Shown: in pieces, positions 1 to 11,491 of the stretch
Layout of the letters: each line of letters begins with the position of its first letter
Numbering within the stretch: position 1 is the first letter of the stretch
Source: Psilocybe cubensis
Lineage: Eukaryota
NCBI GenBank assembly: GCA_017499595.2
Contig: CM039004.1
Coordinates: forward strand, 2,790,001 to 2,854,000
Length of the DNA: 64,000 nt
Direction: 5' to 3'
Notes under the pieces: model-generated
What the model was told of the DNA's origin: nothing
Database searches by the model: none
The model's input: only the letters and a program-made list of their open reading frames with translations
Made by a program: the position numbers and the translations under genes

Positions 1-228
1 ACATAGGTGAGCGGTCAGGGAACAGAACCACGCTTGAAAATATACGCAATGGTCCGAAATGTGCGATTCCGGGCGACTTTGGTGTATTGCGTCACTGAAG
101 CGACGGAGAAACGTCTCGAGGCCTGATTTTGTTCCGAGCTTTGTCATTCAAGAGCCTAATTCTGACCCTGAGAACCGTGCGATTGGTTTGTGGGCACCGA
201 CGAGCTGGATTTGAGATCAAGATCTCCA

Positions 229-845
229 GGTAGGTGCATGGTTACTCACTAATTAACTGATACGCGCTAGCAGCAGGGATGTTTCGTCATTGATTTTGCG
301 TGTTATTTTGGATTTTGAAGCCCCTGTTCGACTTGTAGTACGATTTTCTTGATTTGAATTTGAAGTCTCCAAACCGTGTAGTGTATGTGAGTGTGGTGAA
401 TTCGAATGTAATTTGAGTGGGGTTGGATTTTTGAACCTGTAACAAGCAAGTAACGAGGTTCAAAAATATACGAATTATTCAAAGATTTTCACGCACCAGC
501 AAATTTGTATTCAATGTTCAATCGACGCTACGAAGGCGTGTCTATAAAATTAAGGTGAAAAGAACTGGAACGGGAGGATTTCCGAGTAGGTGCATGGTTA
601 CTTACTAAGTTAACCGATACGCGCTAGCAGCAGGATGTTTGGTCATTGGTTTTTCGCGTTATTTTAGATTTTGAAGCCCCTGTCGAGTTGTAATGAATGT
701 AGAATTTGAAGATTCAGAACCGTGTATTCTGCCTTGGTGCGGTAGATTTTGATGTAATTTGAGTGCGAGGGGAAGGATTTTGAAAAGGTTCAAAATATAC
801 AAATTATTCAAGGATTTTCACGCAGCAGCAAAGTTATATTCAATT
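229..845. repeat. Imperfect direct repeat pair (~260-290 bp units at ~229-520 and ~586-845)
   Basis: Both units start gtaggtgcatggttac(t/tt).actaa.ttaac.gatacgcgctagcagcagg and continue through gattttgaagcccctgt and ggttcaaaa.atac.aattattcaa.gattttcacgca.cagcaaa. Confidence 0.8.
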
Positions 846-1217
846 ACGAATTTGTGTCCATGAAAACAAAGTAAAAAAAGGTTGGGACGGGAGTGTACGT
901 ATACGTTGATAGGAGGAAATTGGATTAGAGCTACTAGAAGACTTTTGGCTTGTTTGTGTCAGGGATAGCGGAGCTTTAATACGTGACATATAAGTTGACT
1001 TGCCTTTTTTTTCTGCTAGGGATTGTATCCCGTCTTTATGCCAGTCCGCGGTGTTATGCCCTCCCCCTCCTAAATTCGATTTTTGGGCTTCCGCCGAGCT
1101 AGGTGTTCTGCAAGCCTCACCCGGGATCTTTACGACTCCTTTACTGAGTGCTGGTACGTGGAATTACCCCTAAACTGACTAAAATGTGCTCATTGCTGTA
1201 TGCGTTGGCGCTTAGCA

Positions 1218-2020
1218 TTCGAAATTTGAAATTTGGAGTTCCCGCGACCCGTGTATTCTTGCCACCGTTGACTGGGGATGCCAGCGTCTAGTCTTGTTCC
1301 CGCGACTTTTCGCCATCGACACGTGAGTATTTGTGTCAAGACACATGAGAGGTATGTGTATTTATCGTGCATTGTGTTGTATTTGCTCACAGTTTGGCAG
1401 GATTCGAAATTCGAAATTTGGAGTTCCCGCGACCCGTGGTTTCTTCCTGCCGTTGAGTTGCAGTGCCAGCGTCCAGTCTTGATACTCAGAATTCCCGCAA
1501 CCCGTGGTTTCTTGCCGCCGTTGAGTCGGAGTGCCAGCAACCAGTCTTGATATTCAGAGTTCCCGCAATTTGTGAGTTTTTCCCGCCATCGACTTGGAGT
1601 GCCTGCAACGGGTGAGTATTTGTGTCCAGACGAATGAGAGGTGTGACTTGTTGTTCCCGGTGCTGGTATGTGCTCTGCCTTGAGATTTGGTGTTTGGAGT
1701 TCCGGCGGCGCGTGAGTCTGCTCTATAGGTACGTGTTGCTGCCCCTGTGTTGTACAGTCTTGCGCTGACCGTATGGTCGGGGTCCTAAGATTTGAAATAA
1801 AGTTCCCGCAGCCACTTAGCCTCTCGCCATCTGGCTCATCTATCAAGACCCGACTGGATTACCGTATTACGAGTCGCTGTTTTATCAAGACACGGTGATG
1901 GAACTTCAATCGTGTGTCTCGACTTGATAGGTACGTGTCACTTCCCCTTGCTCTGACTGTATGGTTGGGGTTTTGAAGTTCCCGCGGGCACCTAGCCCCT
2001 TGCCATCTGGCTCGTCTATC
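1218..2020. repeat. Degenerate tandem/nested repeat array built on a gttcccgc core
   Basis: Recurrent gagttcccgcgacccgtg...ccgttga...tgccagc...agtcttg units (~68 bp) at ~1235, ~1420, ~1490, ~1557; a second repeat ataggtacgtgt...cgccatctggctc.tctatcaagacc at ~1725-1850 and ~1927-2026. Confidence 0.7.
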
Positions 2021-2289
2021 AAGACCTCAATCTAGGGATCCCTTGATGATGCGCCCTTCTCGTTCTTTCATTCCCTTCTTTTTCTTTTTTTTTGTGTTTT
2101 ATTTTGTAGTGGGACACCTTTGTAGTAGATAGCAAAAATGAATGCATGGCCTTTGGGCGGGGAGAGACTATGTCACTGAACAGTGCGAAAAATGGCAAAA
2201 AACTTCTATCTCTTTCACTCAGGGTCGTCTCTTTAAGGTATCTCGCCCCATATAAGGGTAAAACCAACACAACTTCTGACGTCATTTGC

Positions 2290-4250
2290 AGCGAACAAAC
2301 CTTGCCATCCTTTCCAACCTGCCCTGGATCCATCTCCGGCTCATCCGCGCCTTCCCACCGCGCCACCACCTGAGAGCTAATCTTCACTGGCTCCGGTACA
2401 ATAATGACACCCTTTTTGTTCGCCTGAGGTAGTACGAGACCCGGAGAGGTCAGGTTGACTGTAATATTGCTGTCCTCTGATACAGGCACCTGCTCGCGTA
2501 CTTTCAGGTAGCTGATGGGCGTCGCTTTGGTGTTACTGATGCTGATGCGTTGAGAAAAAAGGTACGTAGAGTTTCGGCGCGTAAAGCTGGGTTGAGTGAC
2601 TTTCTTGCTACGAGGGTGATAGGTGATGCGAACTGCAGGGTCGATGCTGTTTTGTTATGTAAAACAGATATTAGAAAATGGGTGGTAGCTTTATGGGGAC
2701 ACGACTTACCCAAGAGGACAATCAAAACTTTCCTGTGGACTAACAGACGGGATATCAGAGCGCGAGATGAAACTTCCATTGACGTAGATGCTTGCTATGC
2801 CGCGTAAAAGGGTATATTCAGAGTCATTCTTTATTTTTGCCTATAAACCGAAAGATAGATGAGAAATTATCAAAAAAAGGTAGACATGTAGGTCATACAG
2901 TTAAATGAGCCTTTGGCGATTTTTTTGGGACCGTAACCCAGGACATGGCTGCGTCCAAATACACTTCCATTATAGTCACGGTATGAGAAGCGCCGTCACT
3001 CGGAATCGTCATTAATCCAGGGACTGAGAACGTTGCATTGATGTCCCCTTTCGATGTGACTGTCAAGCCTCGGGTCTTGATGTTGGGCGGTCGCGAACTA
3101 TGCAGTCTTCCTCCACCTCTAGGTGGACCTCCATCAGATTCAGAATCGGAACTAGCTGCAGATTCTTTTCTCATTGAGTGGCCGCCGAACGTGTTAAGGC
3201 TGGAGGCAGCAGCACTTTTTCTCAGGTACTTTCCGTACATGGGCTTATACATAGAAAGCGTCCATGGCTGCAATTCCGGGATATTGAGTCCTGTTGTGGG
3301 CGTCACTGTCTCCAAAGTCAATGGAATATCATTCCAGGACTAGATCTGGGAATTAGCTTTGGTAGGTTCTGAGCAGCGAGATAATTTCAATCACCTCTCC
3401 TGTATTTTGTGAGATGGCCGCTTTGTATATAAGCTTTACCGCCTTTTCCTTGGTGTCCATTTTCACGTAGATAGCGTAAGTAGGGTCCCAGGTAGCGCTG
3501 GAAACAGCTGTCCCAAAGAGTTCAGATTACTAGTGACCAAGACTTGATGAATGAGATAAAGCTGACCGTATTTCAAAACAATCTCAACGTCGCATTCTTT
3601 GTCTGCGACGAGAGTTATGTAGACACGTTTGCGCAGCTTATTATCCACTTTGACCTCGCCCAATGCTACTTGCTCTTGCTCAATGTCTCTAGTAACCTCT
3701 GCAATTTGCTCTTCCAAATCAAGCTGCTTGAGATCCCATTCCTCCGCAGCCGCGTCAATTCCTCGCTGCAAATTGGCCAACTCATCTGCCTTGACATGTC
3801 GCACGGCAATACTGTTCTGGAAAGACTGAACTGCCGCAATCGCTTTATGGCACCGCGTCAACGCTTTCTCCAACCGAATCTTCTGCTTTATCAAGTCTTC
3901 AAGACGATCAGAGGTCGTCATAGGACCCGAAGAAGGAATATCGGAGAGTGAAACTTCATAAATTGTACATTGACCGCGACCTTCAACTCTGTAGCACATC
4001 CACTGAATTAAGTACCAGTTATTCTTATAAAAGAAAACAAAGCGTACCGAAGAGAATCTGGGACCAGCACATCAGGAAGACCGGACACAATGACCTTATT
4101 GTCGCCTTTCTTGAGCTTCGGTTCAAAAACACGCGTCACCTCCGCCAGGCCAGTATACAAGCTAACGTTCGCGATCTTGCTATCCGTCTGACACGACAGG
4201 CATACCTCACTGACTGCTCGGCTTGCATTTGCGATTGCGTTTGGAGGCAT
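2290..4250 (-). CDS. DUF4139/DUF4140 (mucoidy-inhibitor-A-like) protein, spliced; 3' end uncertain or truncated
   Basis: N-terminal KIANVSLYTGLAEVTRVF...GLPDVLVPDSLR, coiled coil, then ATFSVPGLMTIPSDGASHTVTI, AKIKNDSEYTLLRG, SPQESFDCPLG/IDPAVRITYHP and QVPVSEDSNITVNL, joined through GT-AG introns. Confidence 0.8.
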
Positions 4251-5090
4251 CCTTCACTTTGAGTAGTATCCACGAGGTCGACGTGTAGGGTGAAGGAAGA
4301 GACAGCTTGTGTCGTATTGAGTCATTGGTTTCGCCCTGCAGCTGTTATAATTACGTTCGGAAGTCAGGGCTAGATCAGGGGCTCCAAGGTGTCAAACGCC
4401 CGCACAGCCCCTGACAGTATATCCAAGAACAGGTCGCCTAGATAGCTTCGTCAGGTTAATGGCGACTTTTATGATTAAAGATATTCAAAAGTCAGCTTAC
4501 ATCGATGCACTGTGGTTGGAAGCAGGTGAAGTATGCCGTCAGTCAACAAATACAGGCCCATAGTAAGCTGGCAGACAACAAAACGCCATTTTTGTTTCCC
4601 ATGCTTCCTGCCCGCCTCTCAAGAGTCAGAACGATTAATTTGCTATGCCAGTACCTGGCATGCTCTAGTAGAATCTTGCCGCATCACAAATGTCAGCAGG
4701 TCTCCCTGCTAGGTTCGCACGGGGTGCCATTTTCGCACGGGGTGACGATCAAAACACTGGTGGATCACGTGTGCTTAAGCATTTTGGGTCCCCACCAGTG
4801 CAAAGGGGAGCAAGCTCCCCAATAATATCATGTTGAGCGCTCACTTACATCGTGAATAGCAACGATACTGACAATATCCGGAAAAATGGCGTCTAACTTT
4901 CGGTCAGACATGGCAAGGTAATTATTTTTTTAACTTCGTGATTAGTTTGCATTTTCTGTTTACAGTGTTATCAAAATACATACGAACTACCAAGAAGCTA
5001 TTGGTGCACTGTGCCTACAGATGCCTACGCAGTACTAGTAAATGTCAATGATGAAGCAATATACTATGGGTGGACATAAAAGAATCTCAC

Positions 5091-6794
5091 TTAAAAAAAA
5101 TTGGCATTTCTGTTCCAAATCTCGCAATGGCGATAAATTTCATCATATTTCAGCCGCTCTGGAAATCCACTTCCACATTCGTATTCAACTACACGATCTT
5201 CGAACTTCCAAACAACCTTCATGCCCGCAAGTTCATCCAGAGCAGGATCAAGACTACGCATACCACGACCAGACGGATCTTCGTATTTAGGAGACTCGGA
5301 GGAAGTGCGGTCCAAGGACAGGATCTGAATGTTAGGCATGCTTCGATTACTTCGCCACTTGAGAAATTGCTCGATGGAACCTGAAAAACGCCCCGGATGA
5401 TATTTACAATGACATTTGCGCTTTCTATGTGTGTTAAAATCCATTTTTGACACGGTAAGATAGCGCAGCATTGGAAATAATGGTGCTTCTGATTCGTCGG
5501 TTTCGATGTATTGCGTTAGGATGAAGATACCTTCCTCATCTATTTTCAAAGTTTCCACCGCAGAGAAGTGTGACATAAATCGATTGAATGAATGATAAAT
5601 TCTCTCTCCATAATAGAATGTAAGAGACGTGGCGAGTTCCAGGACGGTGACAGTCGAAAAATAAGCAGACGACATGGTATTTATGAAATTGACCATACGT
5701 GTTTCAGCGCTTGATCGCGTATATGTTTTTATTCGTAAATCAAAAGACCTGCTGGATGGATCGCGGTAATAAAGGCTCCCCATATCGTCTCGGAGGCTAA
5801 ACTCTGTGATGGAGAGATACATATGAATTGACTTTGGTGGTATTTCGGCGAACCTATTGTGAAGTTTCGAAGCGATGTGATTTTCATAAGATTCCTGGCC
5901 ATTGTTCATTATCCCTGACAGATACAATGTGGTCGAAGGGGGGATAATGATGTCTCGAAGATAAATTAAGCAGTTATCGAGAATTAATGTGCGCAGACAG
6001 GGCAAATTTATTAGTGGAGGGTGATAGTCGTCAACAAGTTTATGTTGTTGGAGTGTAAGTGAGTTCAGATATGGCATGTGGCTCAGAGCCTCGCATATTT
6101 CTTTGTTATTGAAATTTTCTCCTAAAGATAGAGAGCGCAAGTTTGACATCCAAGAGATATCCAAGTTGCAATGTTTGGACATTGACTTGAATTCGTGTAG
6201 TCGAGGAGCATAATTGGAAAAAATTTCGCCTTGGTGATTATCCATATGTAAGGAAGGAAGAGAGATTGATTGCAGATTGGGTGCCCTACGTGATAGCAGA
6301 GCATGGAAGTTGAAACGGAGGCATCCGTAATCATCGAGAAATGCAAGTTTCTCAATTCTTTCCCAATTCTGTGCGATCAGATTTTGAAACCACACAAATC
6401 GACGCGATTCTGCAGACTCTCCGACTACGTTGCTAACCTCGCCACAGTACCAGGGCACTGGACATTTGCTGCACTTCATCGACTCGGGACATAAAATCCA
6501 AAGCTGGGACCTGCCACTCCTTTCTAGAACTAGGTTTCGCCAGTTGTGGGATTTTTGGTTAAGAGAGCGCCAGTCTATGAGTCGTCCCCACAGTGAGGAC
6601 GTTCCAAGCAGAACAGATCTCCACCGGCGACATACTTGAGAGCTTATGCGTGCAGTGTCGAGAGGAAGTGGTTCCGACGATTTCGTGAGATCATATTCAG
6701 TATTGGTCATGGAAATTAACCATAGGATATCATCAGATATACGGTTTAGTGGAGATGAAGTCGGTTGTGTTTGACATGACATAAATGAATCCAT
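5091..6794 (-). CDS. Intronless F-box-like / LRR (RNI-like) protein, copy 1
   Basis: Long ORF with RISDDILWLI...SSQVCRRWRSVLLGTSSLWGRLIDW F-box-like motif, followed by LRR-like LxxLxL segments; first ATG at 6794. Confidence 0.8.
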   Translation of the reverse strand: MDSFMSCQTQPTSSPLNRISDDILWLISMTNTEYDLTKSSEPLPLDTARISSQVCRRWRSVLLGTSSLWGRLIDWRSLNQKSHNWRNLVLERSGRSQLWILCPESMKCSKCPVPWYCGEVSNVVGESAESRRFVWFQNLIAQNWERIEKLAFLDDYGCLRFNFHALLSRRAPNLQSISLPSLHMDNHQGEIFSNYAPRLHEFKSMSKHCNLDISWMSNLRSLSLGENFNNKEICEALSHMPYLNSLTLQQHKLVDDYHPPLINLPCLRTLILDNCLIYLRDIIIPPSTTLYLSGIMNNGQESYENHIASKLHNRFAEIPPKSIHMYLSITEFSLRDDMGSLYYRDPSSRSFDLRIKTYTRSSAETRMVNFINTMSSAYFSTVTVLELATSLTFYYGERIYHSFNRFMSHFSAVETLKIDEEGIFILTQYIETDESEAPLFPMLRYLTVSKMDFNTHRKRKCHCKYHPGRFSGSIEQFLKWRSNRSMPNIQILSLDRTSSESPKYEDPSGRGMRSLDPALDELAGMKVVWKFEDRVVEYECGSGFPERLKYDEIYRHCEIWNRNANFF

Positions 6795-7620
6795 CAAGTC
6801 CGTGGCATGCAATAGACTTGGATTCTAAACCTCAATTCCGGATCCACAAGAGCGGCTGTAGAGGGCTTCACAGCACCTGAGGGGTAGGATCAAATAATTC
6901 GTAAAAAATGAAGTCAAGTTGAAGGCTCCTGGGTTAAGGCGAAGTGGTGGGGATTGGGAAGGCAAGAGGAAGTTGTGGAGTGTGGCTGTGCGGTATAATG
7001 ATGTGTCTAAGTCGGCGTGATTGTGAGAAGCCGGGAGGCTTTGAGCATGCCGCGAGTGATCCTGGAGCATAGAGGCCAGAATATTATATTCTGTGCACCA
7101 TAGTTTAATTATTTGAATTCTGGTCATGTAGATGGCATTGGCAAGGTCAATCGGCGTCGACGGTCAAAAAGAGCCTGCTGAGGGTGACTGCCATTTATTA
7201 TGGTTGGTTGTTGTGGAGATTTTACGGACCCTAAAAATGATTACTCACCGGTTTCCAGAGTCGGTAGCCTGACAGACCTGTAAACTTTCAGGCTCCGATG
7301 GGGCTCCCAACTCCCTTACAGGTTCGAAGGCAGAGTGTTGTGGAGACATTCTGCTGGATCTCACTGGCTCAGGATGAAGGGAACCATCTTTATAGTTATT
7401 TAAAAAGCGAGAGCGTTACGCTCCTATGCTCGGCACAGATAATGTTACAATAACCTGGAAGTATACAAATTATAAAACATAAGAATCCGAATCCACCAAC
7501 CCAAAAAAAAGAAATGCATGTTGATATCAACAGATGTGTGCAGGATATAGGTTAGCTACAAATGCCGATCGAGAAACTCAAAAACGAAAAAAAAAATTGA
7601 AGCAAGGATACAGGAAATGA

Positions 7621-10099
7621 TCATCGTCTTTCGGCCTCCAAAACCGCTCTCGAGAATTTACTTCGTAGGCGGATGGCGGGACCGTAGAAAAAGAGTACCT
7701 AAATTACATACGATTCATGAGGAAAATTACTCGGCAAAAATTTTAAAAAATCAAACTGACATATGGTATGGGAATCATCACAGCAGCGATACATCCAAAT
7801 AAGGTGTTTGCCCACTTATAGTCAAGCGTTCTATACATTTGTGTCGTGAAAAGAGGGAAGGCGGTTGCCATAAGGTTGCCTTTGAAAATAACGCAACATC
7901 AGGTCAGTCGGTCTAACCACAACAAGGGGACTCACGAGCAAGACTCTGGCCGGCAAGAGCAGAAGAAGCAAATGGACCATAGCTTTGGGCAAGTGAGCCA
8001 AAAAAGAGACAGAGACGGGACAAACATATAGCGAAAGGAAAACGGTTCAAAGATAAGCACTCTTATCCTCGGAGAAAACAACGCTGTAGAGAAGGGTACG
8101 CACCAATCGGCAAGGTAGGTGAAAACGGCCAAGTAAATGATAAAGACACCCCAAATGAAAAGAGTGATTCCAATGGTCAGCGCAATCCAATGAACGCTCG
8201 AGAATGACGACCATGCATAGATGAACATCCCCACAGGGAGGAGAATCGCCGCAAAGCACGCCAGGTAAAGACGTGCTTCCGGACCTCGATGGGGAAAGTA
8301 CCGCCTATAGGAAAAGAATACAATCAGTTCTACTTCCAGTGCCTGCGCCTCAGAATACGTTATGATTATCAAACACGTACTGGTAAAGGCTTTCTTGGTA
8401 GAAATTGGTAATAAACCCGAATATAGACCCGATACTGTGAGGGGAAGATTGTCAATCCACTACAGTAATTGATACGGAGTTTTGCTTACACCATGGCCAT
8501 AAAAACCGTGCCTATCCAACCAATGTCGAAATCGTGCAAATCCCTGAACACCCCTGATATTGATCTAAGGTAAAGTCAATGAAGCACATGTACACTTGGC
8601 CCAACATTAAAACGTACTCAATCATGCAATAGGTTACGCCCCATGCGAATCCAATCCACAGCTACGATAGATTGAACATTGGAAGAAGTAGAAGCTGAAT
8701 GACTCACACTAAAACTAGACACCACTGGTTCAGTGAGCATCAAGTCTGAGAGAACCACAAAATTAATGAAACGCGTATACAATCTTTAATTATTTAACTC
8801 ACGAACTGGTCTTGTACATGAAATCCAAATCAATGTCCTGAGCTTCGCGCGTTCGTCTTCCACCCTAGCGCGATATCGATGATCCCCAGTTTCCTTGCGC
8901 AACTTCTTGGCTATTCTCGTCAATAGAATAGAAGAACGTGTCTCTTTCATTATAAACGGCAGGATAATCAAATACACCGCACAGATCCTAGGATAAGATG
9001 TTTGTCTATGAGCAATGCAATTGGTTAAGATGGTCAACCTACATCATTTGAATCCATTGAATCCATTTCCAACCTAGTTTACGGTTTACCTCTATCCAAC
9101 CTGCGATCACAGGCCCTAATCCAGTGCCTCCGACGGCCATTAGACCGAAAATCGACATAGGAAGGCCCCGCCTGTGTTCATTAATTTAAGATCACAATCT
9201 AAAATGAAAATGAAAGGCGTACTCTTTGGGTGTCCAGATATCAGCGATAGTTCCACCCACCATGGTCGCGCCCGTCGAGCCAAACGCGCCCTGTAACAGT
9301 CTGGCAATGATGACAGTCTGTATATTTTTCGCACTTCAAAATAGTTCAACATATACAATGTCCATCAAAGTTTGGGGGACTCACAGAGCAATCATCATGA
9401 ACATTAATAGAAACCCGACACCTGATCCTAGATATAGAGGCTGGCGTCCGAATTCTTCGCTGAAAGACGCGGTGACCAAAGGCACCACGCCGAAGCCAAG
9501 CGCGTATACGCTTAGACCGATAGTAGCCTGAAAGTCTGTGCATCCAAGGTCGCGCGTCATCGACTCGAATCCCATATTGTACGTCGACGACGTGGATGCT
9601 GTGATGACAACGGGTTATTTATGTTTTGTATACACAACCCGACGTCCGTGGAAAACGTACATGCTAATAGTGTGGCAAAGCACGCGACCGACGTGATAGC
9701 CCACTTTTTCCGCAGCGAATAATTGATCGGGTTTCGTTTGTCGCCTGGAGCGAATTCAATCTACAACGCATGTCAGACCCACGTTTGCCGTTCCACCAAG
9801 TGCGAATATACATAGATAGGCTCATTTGTTTTGCCTTCCTCTTCTGACCTCGAGCTTTTTGCGCTCGAAAGCATACGGGTTAGACGGTGGCCAAGTCCCT
9901 CGTCGAGTTCTTTTTCATCTGGTCGCGAGTCGTTCGAGATATGGACTCGAGGATCCAAGCTGGGCTCCCTGACATCTTCGAGACTTTTGACGACAACGCC
10001 CTCGCCTGATATATCAGGTTCAGACACATACAGCGTCGGTGTGGCTGATTTCTCTCCATCGACGGTAAATTTCGCGGACAAAGTGGTACTTGACGCCAT
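7621..10099 (-). CDS. MFS transporter, DHA1 (drug:H+ antiporter / polyamine transporter) type, multi-exon
   Basis: Exons encode FAPGDKRNPINY, QATIGLSVYALGFGVVPLVTASFSEEFGRQPLY, GSTGATMVGGTIADIW, MKETRSSILL, RGPEARL, YGPFASSALAGQSL and VLFFYGPAIRLRSKFS. Confidence 0.9.
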
Positions 10100-11491
10100 T
10101 TTCCGGCACTCGTCGCGACGAGCAGTTAGACTCAACGAAGCGAGCTAGGAAAGACAAACTGAGGTGTCGAAAACTCCATACTTGGCCTGTTATTTATGGA
10201 TTTGTTTTGGGACTGCTGCACGTTGACACTGTAAGGGGTTTCAAGCTTGGAACGGACGATGTAATCTACGGATTCAAGATAGTCCGGCGTGGGTGATGCG
10301 CATGTCATTCCGCGGTACCATGCCGCATCGGCTTTCGTGCCGTGTCCACAAGAACCAGCGATCTACCATTGCCGTTTCGGTCTCTCATCTTGGCGACTAT
10401 TGTCTATCTCCAAATAGCTCCTGCTTTTCCTCACTGCAGTCATCAGGGAAACATATGATATTGTCGACGGTGCACATACAATTCGCAAAATTTAGCTTCC
10501 TCCTCACCTAGTCCATACAGGAAGCCTCGCGCCCATCAGGGATCGTCCAAATACTGGGCGCTAATAAACTTATATCATGATACTACTCCTGCGACCCACC
10601 TGTGTATCAAGGAGATTACCAGTCTCCTTTCGCTTCTTGCCCCAGAGCAGACCGAGGTGGGTCATCTTTGTTGCACCTGCCTACCCCTTGGAAAGCATTC
10701 CTGAGAAAGCAACCTGAAGGCCGCAATGGGCGTGGTTAGTAAGGTTATGGATGCAGCATAGCTTTACGTCCTTCCACTCATTCTGGCCGAATTTTCCGAA
10801 ACTGTCCATCGTTAACCAATTTGCGACCCTGAGAAGATGATAGATGATGATATAACTTATTCCTTCCAAGACGCCATTGTATGGTCATGGAGCCCGCAAT
10901 GTTCATTATGACTCGCTGACTGACAATTACATTTACTACTATATAAACCTTCTGCATTTCAGAAGCACAATGATTTCTCTAAAAGTAGGTTGCTGGGCTT
11001 AAATTATTCCTATCTTTCCGGAGAAGATGTCGAAGGATCAATGCAACCCACGCGCGGCATCTATGTGTAAACATAGCAGTAAAAAGATTCGATTTCTCAA
11101 AAACGTCATTAAATCTATTTTTAGGTTGCCGATGGTCTTACTAGTGCCATGACGGCGAGAAAGAGGCATGCATCGAGCACAAAAACCCAGCGATCGTGAA
11201 ATCTCCGAAATTCCAGGACAACTTTGAATACACTTTTTGATTGAGTGGAATCACAAAAAGTTTCAATCCAGAAGGAAACGCAATAGGTATAGTATATGGA
11301 TAGTACAAATGATTACAGCCGTCCACGTAGTATACATCCGGCAAATAGTATCGCAAAGACGCAAAATGGAGAAAATATGATACATACTACTACTTAGATA
11401 AAACCTTGCTTCTGGATATGCGCACTAACACCACCAACACGGAAACACCAACTCCACCAATATAGAACAAGATAGACTGAACGCTTGTTCC

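Noticed and set aside
1190-1846. 218-aa minus-strand ORF
   Set aside because: Lies wholly within the repeat array; the translation only mirrors the DNA repeats and has no protein-like motif.
4712-4744. Direct repeat ttcgcacggggtg twice
   Set aside because: Could be a transcription-factor site, but two copies alone do not support a call.
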